Shown: positions 50,023 through 60,586, counted from the first letter of the stretch. The stretch: DNA of 64,000 nt from Phycisphaerales bacterium (GCA_965227775.1 OZ245777.1:2304001-2368000); one strand, 5' to 3'. Notes: generated by a model not told the origin, from the letters alone. Translations and numbers: made by a program.

Positions 50023-52937
50023 GGGCGACCCTCCTGGTACGAGCCGGGCATGGCACGCACCTGCATTGGCAGCATGATGCCGTCGGGCAAGACCATGTTG
50101 GGATTGAATCGCAGGTTCACGCGGCCATAGCCATAGAACGGCACCGGCACCGCCTCGGCGGGAATGTCCGGGTCGTCATGTGCCAGATCGGCCAGGCCGT
50201 CACCATCGGTGTCGTAGCCGACGATCTTCTGCATGCGCATCTCGCCCGTGATGGGATCCTCGGCCATCGCCTCGGGCAGCGTCGTGGGGTCGAGCGACTC
50301 CTCATCGCCGTCCTCCGGCCCGAAGTAGCCCAGCGTGGTGTTAAACATCGCGGGATTGCCCACAGGCACGCCAAACTGGTCGACAAGCGGAGCGACGCCG
50401 GGCTTGGGCTTGAACGTCATGAGCAGCGCCCCGTCGATCGAAGCGTTGCCGCGGATATCCATAACGCCGGCAACCACCACCCCGCCAAGCTGCACGTCCT
50501 GCGTGGGCGGGCTGTTAAACGTACCCAGGTCGACCGAGTAGCCGGGCAGCATCATGCTCGACAGATCGATGAGCTCCTCGTCATCGCTGTCGGGGCGATA
50601 CCGCTCGTCCGACTTCTTGTCGGGATCGGGGTGCTCACGCAAGAAGCGCGTCGCCCCAGTGTACTGCAGCTTGTTGCGCGTCGGCGTGTACTGCGTGGGC
50701 GTATCGCTCACGATCGATCCGATGAACATGCAGTCGTGGAACCGGATGTTGTTGGACACCAGCTTGGTGTCCGTAACCCGCTTGCCATCGATCACGATGG
50801 GCTCAAGCAGATCGTCAAAGTTCACCGGCCGGGCAGTCTTGCGGAAGTCGGCCTTGTCGAGCGCTTGGGTGAATGGGTTCTGAGGGATGAAGAATCCCTG
50901 GTCGGGCGGCAGCGCCGTCGCCGGCAAGATGTCGTCCGGAAACTCAGCTGTTGCCGTCACCTCGACGCGCGGTGCCTCGGGCTGCGGACGCTCGACGTCC
51001 GGGTCATAGCTCATCTTGCCATAGAGCTCCCAGTTCAGGTGCTCGTTGTCATCTTCGGTCTGCACATAGGTGATGCCCACGAACGTGCAGTTGATGAACA
51101 GCCCGTTGAGTCCCTGCTCCAGCACGGCATCCTTGAACGTCATGTTCACGAACACAGGCCGGTAGTACCAGTCGGTGAAGTTCGGGCTGTTGAAGGGTGA
51201 CTTCTCGAAGTACGCCGTGTCCCAGTTGTCCGGCCGGCCGTCGCCATCGGCATCGGGATCCAGGCGGAAGTACTGCGGCGCCTCGGGATCGCTCCCCGGT
51301 TCCACGTACCCAACCAAGTCGCCCGGTCCACCCAGGCCCAGATTCTGTGCCACCTGCGTCCAGAACGGATCACCGTCGGCCGTACCGGCAACGATCTGGT
51401 CCTTGGCCTTGCTGAACCGATCGGTGGTCAGCTCGGGGAGGTCGTCTTCGGACGCATCAAAGGTCATCGCGGGATCATCATCAGGATCGATGGGGCCGCG
51501 CAACCGATCCTCCACCGGTCCCTGGAAGCTCTCCCAGTCTCCACGCGTCGCGCGGAAGCTCAGCGTGCCGTCCACCTTGCGGTAGAGATCGCGGGCGTCG
51601 ATGTAGCCGTCCCGGTAGCCGAGCACCTGGTCGGCATACAGGCCCGAGTAGGGATCAACGTCCTGCAGCGGCTCGTCGCCGGGCTGCCACACGCCGTCGC
51701 CGTTGGTATCCACGAAGCCGGAAACACCATTGCGGTTGCGGTCGGGCTTGGCGCTGTCGATCAGCATCGCGAGCGCGTCATCCACGCCGCGGCCCGAACC
51801 ATCGACGAACTCGGCCGTCGCGAACTCGCCCGGCGTTCCCTCACGCATCGCGTCGGAGAGCGCCACGCGGCCATCGCCGTTGGTGTCGTAGAACGCCAGG
51901 AACAGGTCGAACTCATCAATATAACCATCGCCGTTGACGTCCAGAGCCGTCTCGTCGGGCGTGCCATCGCCATCGATGTCCAAGCCGGTACCCAAGCCCT
52001 CGTCCGGGTGTCCGGCCCGCAAGCGGTTGTCGTTGTCAATGTCGAAGTCGGAGATGTTCTCGTTTAACGCATCCAGCCGGGCGTCCAGGTCCTCATCAAG
52101 GTTGCGGAAGTCCGACCGAATCAGCATCGGATCGCCGTGGGTGAAGGTCAGGTCGGTGAAGGTGGAACCCAGATCCCCGTCGATCATGACGTTCTTGCCG
52201 ATCATGATCCTGTTGGGCGAAATGACCGAGTGCTCGACCCGCTTGAGCATGCGGTAGTCGCGGCTGATCGTGCGCGTCAGCGGCACGCCGCCACGCTGGT
52301 GATCGAAGTCGTAGCCAGTCACGATGATGCGAACATCAACGCCATTCGCCAGCGGCGCATAGGTAATCTGGTACGCCTGGCCACGCGGGTCCGCGTCGGG
52401 GTCCTGCTCGATGAGGCCAACGGCCGGCGTGAAGAGCCAGTTTTCCTCGGCATACAGCGTGAGATCGACATCGATCGGCGCCGCGCCAAGCGTCGAGTCG
52501 CTGATGCCGTCGATGTCGATCGTGTTCAGATCCTCGTCGTGAATCAGGGCCAACGCGTTGGCCACGCCCGTGGGCACATCGCCGCTGGGCAGAGTCCGCA
52601 CCACCGTGTCGACGTCGACAGGGATGGTTCCCAGCCACAGGTCCTCACCGAGGTCGGCGTCGATCTGACCCCGATCGATGATGAAGCGCGTGGCGGCGAG
52701 GTCAAGCCGCTCCTCAGCGATCGCCAGCCCCGTTTCGGCGGAGCTCATCGCACGGCTCACGTGCAGGTGCGCGGCGGCCGTGCGCAGGTTGCCCTGGCTC
52801 ACGACAGCCATCGCGGCGGCCAGCGAGCCGAACAGGATCAGGAACATCATCGACAGCACCGAAACCACGCCCCGGCGGCGCGGTCCAAGGCGTCGGCTTC
52901 TACGGCGTGCGAGCGTTTTGGGTGCCTTCATCATCAC
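50019..52937 (-). CDS. Large PilX/GspK-like pseudopilin with many acidic DxDxDG motifs
   Basis: RRGVVSVLSMMFLILF (no Glu5)...A.SSAETGL PilX-like N-terminus; DIDGDG, DVNGDG, DTNGDG, DTDGDG repeats. Confidence 0.8.
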   Translation of the reverse strand: MMMKAPKTLARRRSRRLGPRRRGVVSVLSMMFLILFGSLAAAMAVVSQGNLRTAAAHLHVSRAMSSAETGLAIAEERLDLAATRFIIDRGQIDADLGEDLWLGTIPVDVDTVVRTLPSGDVPTGVANALALIHDEDLNTIDIDGISDSTLGAAPIDVDLTLYAEENWLFTPAVGLIEQDPDADPRGQAYQITYAPLANGVDVRIIVTGYDFDHQRGGVPLTRTISRDYRMLKRVEHSVISPNRIMIGKNVMIDGDLGSTFTDLTFTHGDPMLIRSDFRNLDEDLDARLDALNENISDFDIDNDNRLRAGHPDEGLGTGLDIDGDGTPDETALDVNGDGYIDEFDLFLAFYDTNGDGRVALSDAMREGTPGEFATAEFVDGSGRGVDDALAMLIDSAKPDRNRNGVSGFVDTNGDGVWQPGDEPLQDVDPYSGLYADQVLGYRDGYIDARDLYRKVDGTLSFRATRGDWESFQGPVEDRLRGPIDPDDDPAMTFDASEDDLPELTTDRFSKAKDQIVAGTADGDPFWTQVAQNLGLGGPGDLVGYVEPGSDPEAPQYFRLDPDADGDGRPDNWDTAYFEKSPFNSPNFTDWYYRPVFVNMTFKDAVLEQGLNGLFINCTFVGITYVQTEDDNEHLNWELYGKMSYDPDVERPQPEAPRVEVTATAEFPDDILPATALPPDQGFFIPQNPFTQALDKADFRKTARPVNFDDLLEPIVIDGKRVTDTKLVSNNIRFHDCMFIGSIVSDTPTQYTPTRNKLQYTGATRFLREHPDPDKKSDERYRPDSDDEELIDLSSMMLPGYSVDLGTFNSPPTQDVQLGGVVVAGVMDIRGNASIDGALLMTFKPKPGVAPLVDQFGVPVGNPAMFNTTLGYFGPEDGDEESLDPTTLPEAMAEDPITGEMRMQKIVGYDTDGDGLADLAHDDPDIPAEAVPVPFYGYGRVNLRFNPNMVLPDGIMLPMQVRAMPGSYQEGRP

Positions 52938-52956
52938 AGTCCTTCCGTCGCCCCGC

Positions 52957-53652
52957 TTATCGAGGGACGATCCACGTGACGCGTGTGACCTCCGTGGGCG
53001 CCGTTACGAACGGGCCCTCGTAGGTCACCGTCACTTCCACCTTCAGCGGAAACTCATCGATCGCGATTCCCTCCGAAGCGCCGACCGGCGGCTCGAAGTA
53101 GTCGTTCGCGAGTTCCCGTGTCGGATCCGTCGGGTGCACCTTCACCACACGAACCGTCTGCGTCCAGCCTTGCATGGGCACCGGATTGCCGTCCGGATCC
53201 AGCATGACCGAACCGTCGTCAAAGATCTCAGGGATCACCAGCCCGAACGCATCGAGAGGTCCGGGCAAGTCGTCATCATCGATGAAGCCGGGCGTTCCGT
53301 TGAACGAGAATCTGAGGCCATCGAAGTCGTCCAGGTCGTCGAAATCTTCGACAAGCACCTCGCCGTCCTCGGGCCCCCAGCCCTCCACGTCACCGCCGGC
53401 GATCCGCAAGCCGGTCACGGGGTCGTGCCGGCGCAGCGGCATGGTGAGCTCACGAAGCTCGCCACCAAGGAAGGTCGCGGTTGCCGCGTGGGTCGACCAC
53501 TGGTTGCTCCGCATGAACGCCTGGTGCGCCTCGACGATGGCCACGACCCCCACGCCGATAATCACCGTTGCGAGCGCCGTCTCGATGAGCGTGAAGCCCC
53601 GAGCGCGTCGACCGCGAGCACGTCCAGCACGTTGGCGAAGGCCATGAACCAC
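52957..53652 (-). CDS. Prepilin-type minor pilin (PilV/GspI-like)
   Basis: RGFTLIETALA; GGAGG RBS; FDDLDDFDG motif. Confidence 0.88.
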   Translation of the reverse strand: MVHGLRQRAGRARGRRARGFTLIETALATVIIGVGVVAIVEAHQAFMRSNQWSTHAATATFLGGELRELTMPLRRHDPVTGLRIAGGDVEGWGPEDGEVLVEDFDDLDDFDGLRFSFNGTPGFIDDDDLPGPLDAFGLVIPEIFDDGSVMLDPDGNPVPMQGWTQTVRVVKVHPTDPTRELANDYFEPPVGASEGIAIDEFPLKVEVTVTYEGPFVTAPTEVTRVTWIVPR

Positions 53653-53722
53653 GGATCACCTCCAATACGCCGGCAGGGCCCGCAGGCCCCACCAATCTTC
53701 ACTCTCCATTCCGAACGCCCGA

Positions 53723-54949
53723 TCAGTTCACGATCTGGCTCATCCGGAAGATCGGCAGGATGATGGCCATGGCGATGAAGCCGACAATGCCGCCCATAAC
53801 GATGATCATCACCGGCTCGATCAGGCTCGTAACAGCCTTGATCTGGTCCTTCAGCTGCTTCGCGTAGTACACCGACACCTCGTCGAGAACCTCGCCGAGC
53901 TTACCGGACTCCTCACCAGCCGAGATCATCTGGACCACCGCTCGCGGCAGCAGAGTCGTCTTGCTGAGCGGCAGGGAGATCTTCTTACCCTGCTTCACCG
54001 ACATGTACACGTTCCGCCACATCGCCTTGTAAAGGCGGTTGCCCGAGATGTCACCGGTGATCGCCAGCGTGTCGAGCATCGGCACGCCCGCGTTGATCAA
54101 CTGGCCCTTGGTGTGCAAGCTCCGGCTGATGTACAGCGAGCGGAACATGTTCTTGAAGACCGGTAGGGTCAGCTTCAGGCGGTCGGCCAGTAGCCCGCCG
54201 GGCTCGGTCTTGAGTGCCAGGAAGCCGGCCATGCCCAGGCCGAACACGCCGGCGATGAGGTATGGCCACTGCTGCTGGAGGAACTCACTCAGCCCCATGA
54301 GGAACTTCGTCGAGGCCGGCAGCGCGTCTTCCTTGCCCTCGAACACCGCCTTGAACTTCGGCAGCACGAACGTCAGCAGGAAGACCGTCACCGCGACGGC
54401 CATGGTCCCGATGATGCCCGGATAGATCGACGCGCCCACGACCATCTTGCGCGTCTCGATCTGCTGGGCGATGTAGCCCGCGATCCGGTCGAGCATCTGG
54501 CTGAACGAACCAGCCATCTCCGAAGCCCGGACCATGTTCACGTACAAGGGGCCAAAGAGCTTGGGATGCCGCGCGAGCGCCTCCGAGAAGCTCTTGCCGC
54601 TCTCCACGTCGGTCTTGAGCTGCTCGATAACCTTGCGGAAGCCGCGGTGCGATGTCTGATCGGCGATGCCCTCGAGGCTCGCCCGAAGGTTGATGCCGGC
54701 TCGGATCATCACCGCCAGCTGCGTGGTAAATTCGAGCACGTGCTTCTGGTTGGGCTTGCCCGAGTTGAGGTCGGCCAGCTTCTCGAGGATGGCCTGGCGC
54801 TGGATGCCGCCGCCAACGGGGTTGACCGCCAGGATGTGCAAACCCTGGTTGCGCAGCACCGTCGCCGCGGTCTGCACGCTGTCGGCCGACAGCACACCGA
54901 CCTGGATCTGGCCGCCCTGGCCCCGCACCTGGTAGCGATAGTTCGGCAT
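53723..54949 (-). CDS. pilC: Type II secretion F-family / PilC platform protein
   Basis: MPNYRY, FTTQLAVMIRAG, VESGKSFSEAL, YP, GEESGKL, EP..I..MG. Confidence 0.92.
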   Translation of the reverse strand: MPNYRYQVRGQGGQIQVGVLSADSVQTAATVLRNQGLHILAVNPVGGGIQRQAILEKLADLNSGKPNQKHVLEFTTQLAVMIRAGINLRASLEGIADQTSHRGFRKVIEQLKTDVESGKSFSEALARHPKLFGPLYVNMVRASEMAGSFSQMLDRIAGYIAQQIETRKMVVGASIYPGIIGTMAVAVTVFLLTFVLPKFKAVFEGKEDALPASTKFLMGLSEFLQQQWPYLIAGVFGLGMAGFLALKTEPGGLLADRLKLTLPVFKNMFRSLYISRSLHTKGQLINAGVPMLDTLAITGDISGNRLYKAMWRNVYMSVKQGKKISLPLSKTTLLPRAVVQMISAGEESGKLGEVLDEVSVYYAKQLKDQIKAVTSLIEPVMIIVMGGIVGFIAMAIILPIFRMSQIVN

Positions 54950-54998
54950 CTCGAATCACACCCCTCGGGGCACAGCGCCCCATCTGGTACTACACCAC

Positions 54999-56060
54999 TC
55001 AGGCAACGAGCTGACGCTCCAGCTTGTCCGGGAACGCCGCCTGCGCAACGGCATCTTCCTTCGAGATCATCCCGTTGAAGTACAGCTCGGCGATCGACGC
55101 ATCCAGGCTGCTCATGCCGATCGAACGGTTCGTCTCGATCACGTTGGGGATCTCGAACGTCCGGTTCTCGCGGATCAGGTTGCGTACGGCCGGCGTGCAC
55201 AGCAGCGTCTCGACCGCGGGCACCATGCCCGGCTCGTCGATGCGGCTGAACAGCGTCTGACTCACAACGGCCTGCAGCGTGTTGGCCAGCATCGATCGGA
55301 TCTGGTTCTGCTGGCCAGCCGGGTACATATCGATGATGCGCTCGACGGTCTGGCTCGCGTTCACCGTGTGCAGCGTGCTGAGCACGAGGTGTCCCGTCTC
55401 GGCGGCGCTGATGGCCAGCGCGGTGGTCTCCAGGTCACGCATCTCACCCACGAGCACGATGTCGGGGTCCTGACGCAAGGCGTGCTTCAGGCCGCTGGCG
55501 AAGGTTGGCATGTCCTGGCCCAGCTCGCGCTGCTCGATTAGGCAGTGGTCGCTCTCGAAGGTGTACTCCACCGGGTCCTCGAGCGTGATGATGTGCTTGC
55601 GATACCGCTCGTTCATCGCCTGGATCATGGCGGCGAGCGTGGTCGACTTACCCGAGCCCGTATCGCCCGTCACCAGCACGAGGCCGCGCGGCAGGTACGT
55701 CAGGCGGGCAATGACCTCCGGCAGCGTCAGAGCGCTCAGCGGAGGAACCTTGGTCTTGATAGCACGAAGGCACAAGCCGACCTGGCCGCGCTGCAAGTGG
55801 GCATTCACGCGGTAGCGGCTCAGCCCCTCGATCTCGTACGAGAAGTCCGAGTCCTTCTGGCGATCGAACGTCTGCACGGCCTCCGGCGGCGCCATCTCTT
55901 CCAAGATGCCCCTCCCAGACGAGGGAGAGATCACCGGGAAGTCCATCGGCGTCATCACCTGATTCACGCGCATCACGGGCGGCTGCCCGGAAACGAGGTG
56001 GATATCCGAAGCGTTGGCCTTGTGGGCCACCTTGAGAACGTCGTGCAGGTTCACGCGCAA
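54999..56060 (-). CDS. pilT: Type IV pilus retraction ATPase PilT/PilU family
   Basis: ASDIHL, VTGDTGSGKSTTLA, TLEDPVE, LRQDPD..LVGEMRD, ETGHLVLSTLH, AVRNLIRE. Confidence 0.92.
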   Translation of the reverse strand: MRVNLHDVLKVAHKANASDIHLVSGQPPVMRVNQVMTPMDFPVISPSSGRGILEEMAPPEAVQTFDRQKDSDFSYEIEGLSRYRVNAHLQRGQVGLCLRAIKTKVPPLSALTLPEVIARLTYLPRGLVLVTGDTGSGKSTTLAAMIQAMNERYRKHIITLEDPVEYTFESDHCLIEQRELGQDMPTFASGLKHALRQDPDIVLVGEMRDLETTALAISAAETGHLVLSTLHTVNASQTVERIIDMYPAGQQNQIRSMLANTLQAVVSQTLFSRIDEPGMVPAVETLLCTPAVRNLIRENRTFEIPNVIETNRSIGMSSLDASIAELYFNGMISKEDAVAQAAFPDKLERQLVA

Positions 56061-56238
56061 ATCCCCCTCAGCGGGCGTCTTCGAGCCAGGCGAACGTCGC
56101 CGGCCTCAACGCTCACCATCGTCGCGATCGGAGGTCCACTCCTGCGCGCACGCCGACGGACACGGCAAGAAACGCCGGTTGTAACGGCGTTGCCCTCGAC
56201 CAACGTCCTGGTAACAAATCGGGGAGGCGGTTATCGCC

Positions 56239-56700
56239 CTATGCGCGGGCGGCCTCGTCCCGAGCTTCGACCGCGAGCTTGTCGGCCCGCTCGTTCTCGG
56301 GGTGGTCGTTGTGCCCGCGGACCCAGTGGAAGCTCAGCGTGTGCTGCTGCATCAGCTCGTCAAGCCGCATCCACAGATCCTGGTTCTTGACCGGCTGCTT
56401 GCTGGCCGTCTTCCAGCCGCGCTTCTTCCACGAGGCCATCCACTCGTTCAGCCCCTTGAGTACGTACTGCGAGTCCGAGTAGAGCTCCACGCGCGTTGGC
56501 TTCCCGAGCGCCTCCAGCCCGCGGATCACCGCCATCAGCTCCATCCGGTTATTGGTTGTCGGCTTCTCCCCGCCGTTATCGACCTTCTCAGAGCCCGACC
56601 CCGGATGCTTCAAGATGTACGCCCACCCGCCAGGCCCAGGGTTCCCCGAGCACGCGCCATCCGTGTACAGCTCCACCATCGGCAGCGATCCATCACTCAT
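56239..56700 (-). CDS. rnhA: Ribonuclease HI
   Basis: [45 protein letters not shown]. Confidence 0.97.
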   Translation of the reverse strand: MSDGSLPMVELYTDGACSGNPGPGGWAYILKHPGSGSEKVDNGGEKPTTNNRMELMAVIRGLEALGKPTRVELYSDSQYVLKGLNEWMASWKKRGWKTASKQPVKNQDLWMRLDELMQQHTLSFHWVRGHNDHPENERADKLAVEARDEAARA

Positions 56701-56957
56701 CGCCCATGCTAACCACCATCAGACCACAGGGCCCATCGCGACCTTCGCGAAGAAAATCTTCGCTCCATCACCGCCGAAGTGTGCAACTGTGCGGCGCTCC
56801 AAGGCAATCGGCTGGACGCCCCCGGCCTCTGCCGTAATCTCTCCACATGAAGCAAGCCAGCCGAACGCCCACGCCCTCCAAGCCGAACGCTCGCCTGCAA
56901 GCCCGCGAGGACGCCATCGCCCGGCGGTCGCGCACCCCACGCCGTACGATGGGCCCT

Positions 56958-59954
56958 ATGCCCACACACCGCCTCGAAGTCAGGCCCCTCCCCGATGCCG
57001 GCGACCCACGCGCCAACCGCCTCATGCGAGAGGCAAGCACCCTGGGCTACAAGCTCCAGGCCGTGCGCACAGCAAAGGTCTACCTGCTCGAGGGCGACCT
57101 CACCGACCAGCAGCGTGCCGCCATCGCCAGGGCCCTCCTGGTCAACCCCGTCACCGAGTCCCTCGCAACCGAAAACGGCCACGTGGGAGTCACGCTCGAG
57201 GTCCACCCCCTTCCCGGCGTCATGGACCCCGCCGCCCAATCAGTCGAGGAGGCCATCAAGGAACTGCTCGGCGTCGACGTCCAGGCCTCCACCGGCACCC
57301 GTTACGACCTCGAGGGCCTCGCCGCCGAAGACGCCAAGGCCCTGGCCGCCCGACTGCTCTTTAATCCGGTGGTGCAGGCGCTGCACGACCAGCCCTTCCA
57401 CCCCGAAGCCCTGCCGCACGGCGAGCCCTACGAATTCAAGCCGATCTCGGTCGAGATCACCACGCTCGACGACGCCGGCCTCGAACGCCTCAGCCGCGAG
57501 GGCCACCTCTTCCTGAGCCTGGGCGAGATGCGCGCCATCCAGCAGCAGTACCAGACCCTCGGCCGAGAGCCGACCGACATCGAGCTCGAGACCCTCGCCC
57601 AGACCTGGAGCGAGCACTGCGTCCACAAGACCCTCAAGAGCGACTACCACTACACCGGGCCGAAGAGCGACACCATCGACTGGCAGAACCGCCCGGGCGT
57701 GACGGTCCACGATGATGGCTCGGTCACGATCGCCAACCTCCTCAAGAACACCGTCGCCGCCGCGACGCACGAACTCATCGAGAGCGGCATCGACTGGACA
57801 CTCTCGATCTTCCACGACAACTCGGGCGTGGTCGCTTTTGACGATGACTATGGCGTGTGTATCAAGGTCGAGACCCACAACCACCCCAGCGCGCTCGAGC
57901 CCTACGGCGGCGCCGCCACCGGCATCGGCGGCTGCATCCGCGACATCATCGGAACTGGCCTGGCCGCCAAGCCCATCGCCAACACGGATGTCTTTTGCGT
58001 TGCGCCGCCCGATACGACGGACGTTCCCGCTGGCTGCATCCATCCCAAGCGAGTCCTGCGCGAGGTCGTCGCCGGCGTGCGCGACTATGGCAACCGCATG
58101 GGCATCCCCACGCTCAACGGCGCAGTTGAATTCGACCCACGCTACATCGGCAACCCGCTTGTCTTCGCCGGCTGCATCGGCCTCATCCCTCGAGACAAGA
58201 TCGACGGCGAGGCCCAGCCCGGCGATCGCATCATCGCGCTCGGCGGGCGCACCGGCCGCGATGGCATCCACGGCGCGACGTTCTCGAGCGCGGAGCTGAG
58301 CGACACCCACGCCGACGAGTTCAGCCACGCGGTGCAGATCGGTAACCCGATCGAAGAGAAGAAGGTCCTCGACGCCATACTTCGCGCACGCGACCAAGGC
58401 GATCGGCCGCTCTTCAGCGCCATCACCGACTGCGGCGCGGGCGGGTTCAGCAGCGCCGTTGGCGAGATGGGCGAGAAGCTCGGCGCCGATGTGCAGCTCG
58501 CCAACGCGCCGCTCAAGTACGCTGGCCTGACGTACACCGAGATCTGGATCAGCGAGGCCCAGGAGCGGATGATCCTCGCCGTTCCCGAGCAAAACGTGGC
58601 GGCACTCCAGTCCATCTGCGATGAAGAGGGCGTCGAGCTGGCCAACCTCGGCCACTACGGCACGCCCGACGCCGAGTTGATTCTGCGATACGGCGAGCAC
58701 GAAGTCGGCCGACTGCCCATGGCGTTCGTCCACGGCGGCATCCCGCGCGAGACCCTTCCGGCAGTGTGGTCGCCAATCGAACCGAAGACCAAGCCGGGCA
58801 GCAAACCCAACGTTGGCGATGCTCTGCTGAAGCTGCTGGCGCATCCGTCGATCGCGAGCAAGCACTGGATCATCCGCCAGTACGACCACGAGGTGCAGGG
58901 CAACACGGTGCTCAAGCCGCTGATCGGCCCGCCCGCCGAGGACGGCGCGAGCCGCGGGCCGGGTGATGCGTCGGTCATCGAGCCGGTGCCGGGCACCGGG
59001 CGCGGCGTGGCGATCGGCTGCGGCCTGCAGACGCGCGTCGGCGATCCGGCGATCGGCGGCGATCCGTACCTCATGGCGCTCGCGGCCATCGACGAATGCG
59101 TGCGCAACCTGGTGTGCGTGGGTGCCGACCCGAGCCGCATCGCCATACTCGACAACTTCTGCTGGCCCGGCGTGAAGGACGCCGAGAGCCTGGGGCACCT
59201 CGTGCGCGCCGCCATCGGCTGCTACGACGGCGCAAGGGCCTATCGCACCCCCTTCGTCAGCGGCAAGGACTCGCTCAACAACCAGTTTCGCACCGACGAC
59301 GGCACGACCATCCGCATCCCGCCCACGCTGCTGATCACGGGGTTGGGGATCGTGCACGACATCGAAAAGTGCGTCACGAGTGATGCGAAGCGTGCGGGTA
59401 ACACGCTGTTGTACATCGACACTATGCCCGGCGAGATAGACGAGTGGGCAGAGGATCTGCCGCGGATCGGGAACTCGGTGTATGGTCAGATGTTCGGCGC
59501 CGGGAATGGGTTCGACCCACGAATGCCAAGTATCAATCCCGTTCGTTGCGCCGCGACAAGCCAGATCGTCGCGGAATTGATCCGGGGTGGCGATGTGGTT
59601 TCCGCACACGACGTATCCGATGGCGGCGCGTTGGTCGCCGTTGCCGAGATGCTCATTGCCGGCTCGACCCGCGAGAAACCGCTCGGCGCCCAGATTGCCA
59701 GCTTTTACGGAGGTACCAGGGACACCGCATATTGGTTCGGTGAGCGTCCCGGTGGTTACATCATTGAGGTAGCCGATCCGTCGAAGGTGATGGGCTTGCT
59801 TGTCGATCTTGGTCAACGGCGTGGCGTCATGACCGGTACCAACATCATCGGCCCTATCACAAACTCAGGAGTCCTAAATCTCGATTCGGAGGGGAGCTTC
59901 AGCATTCCGGTGGCAGACCTTGCAGCGGCGTGGCGCGGTCCGCTCGATTGGTGA
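56958..59954 (+). CDS. purL: Phosphoribosylformylglycinamidine synthase PurL with N-terminal PurS-like domains
   Basis: AQTWSEHCVHK, KVETHNHPS, GRDGIHGATFSS, DCGAGG, SEAQERM, VSGKDSL, HDVSDGG; N-terminal LL.NPV repeats are PurS-like. Confidence 0.96.
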   Translation: MPTHRLEVRPLPDAGDPRANRLMREASTLGYKLQAVRTAKVYLLEGDLTDQQRAAIARALLVNPVTESLATENGHVGVTLEVHPLPGVMDPAAQSVEEAIKELLGVDVQASTGTRYDLEGLAAEDAKALAARLLFNPVVQALHDQPFHPEALPHGEPYEFKPISVEITTLDDAGLERLSREGHLFLSLGEMRAIQQQYQTLGREPTDIELETLAQTWSEHCVHKTLKSDYHYTGPKSDTIDWQNRPGVTVHDDGSVTIANLLKNTVAAATHELIESGIDWTLSIFHDNSGVVAFDDDYGVCIKVETHNHPSALEPYGGAATGIGGCIRDIIGTGLAAKPIANTDVFCVAPPDTTDVPAGCIHPKRVLREVVAGVRDYGNRMGIPTLNGAVEFDPRYIGNPLVFAGCIGLIPRDKIDGEAQPGDRIIALGGRTGRDGIHGATFSSAELSDTHADEFSHAVQIGNPIEEKKVLDAILRARDQGDRPLFSAITDCGAGGFSSAVGEMGEKLGADVQLANAPLKYAGLTYTEIWISEAQERMILAVPEQNVAALQSICDEEGVELANLGHYGTPDAELILRYGEHEVGRLPMAFVHGGIPRETLPAVWSPIEPKTKPGSKPNVGDALLKLLAHPSIASKHWIIRQYDHEVQGNTVLKPLIGPPAEDGASRGPGDASVIEPVPGTGRGVAIGCGLQTRVGDPAIGGDPYLMALAAIDECVRNLVCVGADPSRIAILDNFCWPGVKDAESLGHLVRAAIGCYDGARAYRTPFVSGKDSLNNQFRTDDGTTIRIPPTLLITGLGIVHDIEKCVTSDAKRAGNTLLYIDTMPGEIDEWAEDLPRIGNSVYGQMFGAGNGFDPRMPSINPVRCAATSQIVAELIRGGDVVSAHDVSDGGALVAVAEMLIAGSTREKPLGAQIASFYGGTRDTAYWFGERPGGYIIEVADPSKVMGLLVDLGQRRGVMTGTNIIGPITNSGVLNLDSEGSFSIPVADLAAAWRGPLDW

Positions 59955-59961
59955 GCGCACG

Positions 59962-59991
59962 AGAAAGCCCGGCCTTGCGACCGGGCTTTCT
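59962..59991. terminator. Probably bidirectional terminator after purL
   Basis: 11-bp stem AGAAAGCCCGG/CCGGGCTTTCT between convergent ORFs. Confidence 0.8.
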
Positions 59992-60008
59992 GTCGCGTAG
60001 TTGGTGTA

Positions 60009-60272
60009 TCAGAAGATCATGGGTGGGCCGGCGCGATCGCTTGCGCTGGTTCTGCCCTCGATTGCCCGACGCGCACGCTCGTTGAGCATGCCGGGCTGGT
60101 CGACGATGCCAAATCGGGCATTCGCGGCCAGGCACCATCGCCTGAATAATCGCAGCAGGCCGACGAAGCGAACGAGCTTCCAGGCGCCCCTGGCGATGGT
60201 GATGATGCCGAGAATCGTGGCGATCGCGGTGAGCGCGGGCGACCAGGACTCGGCGAATCGTTGCGACAACAT
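60009..60272 (-). CDS. Small (87 aa) basic protein with one hydrophobic helix
   Basis: AGGAGG 6 nt before ATG 60272; ends just before the terminator. Confidence 0.6.
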   Translation of the reverse strand: MLSQRFAESWSPALTAIATILGIITIARGAWKLVRFVGLLRLFRRWCLAANARFGIVDQPGMLNERARRAIEGRTSASDRAGPPMIF

Positions 60273-60484
60273 GGCGAACCTCCTCATGGCCGCGGGCGCG
60301 CACGCCGGCGGCAGAGCGGCGGCTCTCGCGCGGCACACCGTGCGCCTGCGAGAACCGCGAACAAGATGCGGGGGAGGCCGGCGCGATCAGACGCGTCGGC
60401 CGGGCAGCGCACGGACATCACGCGGGAGCGCGGTGTCGTGGCGATGGGTTGTGTTTCTGGGTGCCGGGCTGGGCCGGCGTGGCG

Positions 60485-60586
60485 TCAGGCCTTGAGAGGC
60501 TGTCGCGATACTCGATCATCTGTCCGATCGGTATCGAGGAGCATCGACTGGCCGTTCGCGGTGGTGATCAGGTTGAACTCGATCAT
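60485..60586 (-). CDS. Putative 33-aa peptide MIEFNLITTANGQSMLLDTDRTDDRVSRQPLKA
   Basis: GAGAGGGGG RBS-like run before ATG; below the ORF-track length cutoff. Confidence 0.45.
   Translation of the reverse strand: MIEFNLITTANGQSMLLDTDRTDDRVSRQPLKA

Noticed and set aside
54100..54115. Lys in a normally hydrophobic PilC position (SLHTKGQL)
   Set aside because: A single residue; could be a variant or sequencing error and cannot be interpreted without an alignment.
57240..59816. 858-aa antisense ORF over purL, and similar long shadow ORFs (17441-19036, 14176-15567, 37902-39587)
   Set aside because: Typical stop-poor antisense frames of high-GC genes; no motifs; each overlaps a clearly identified gene.
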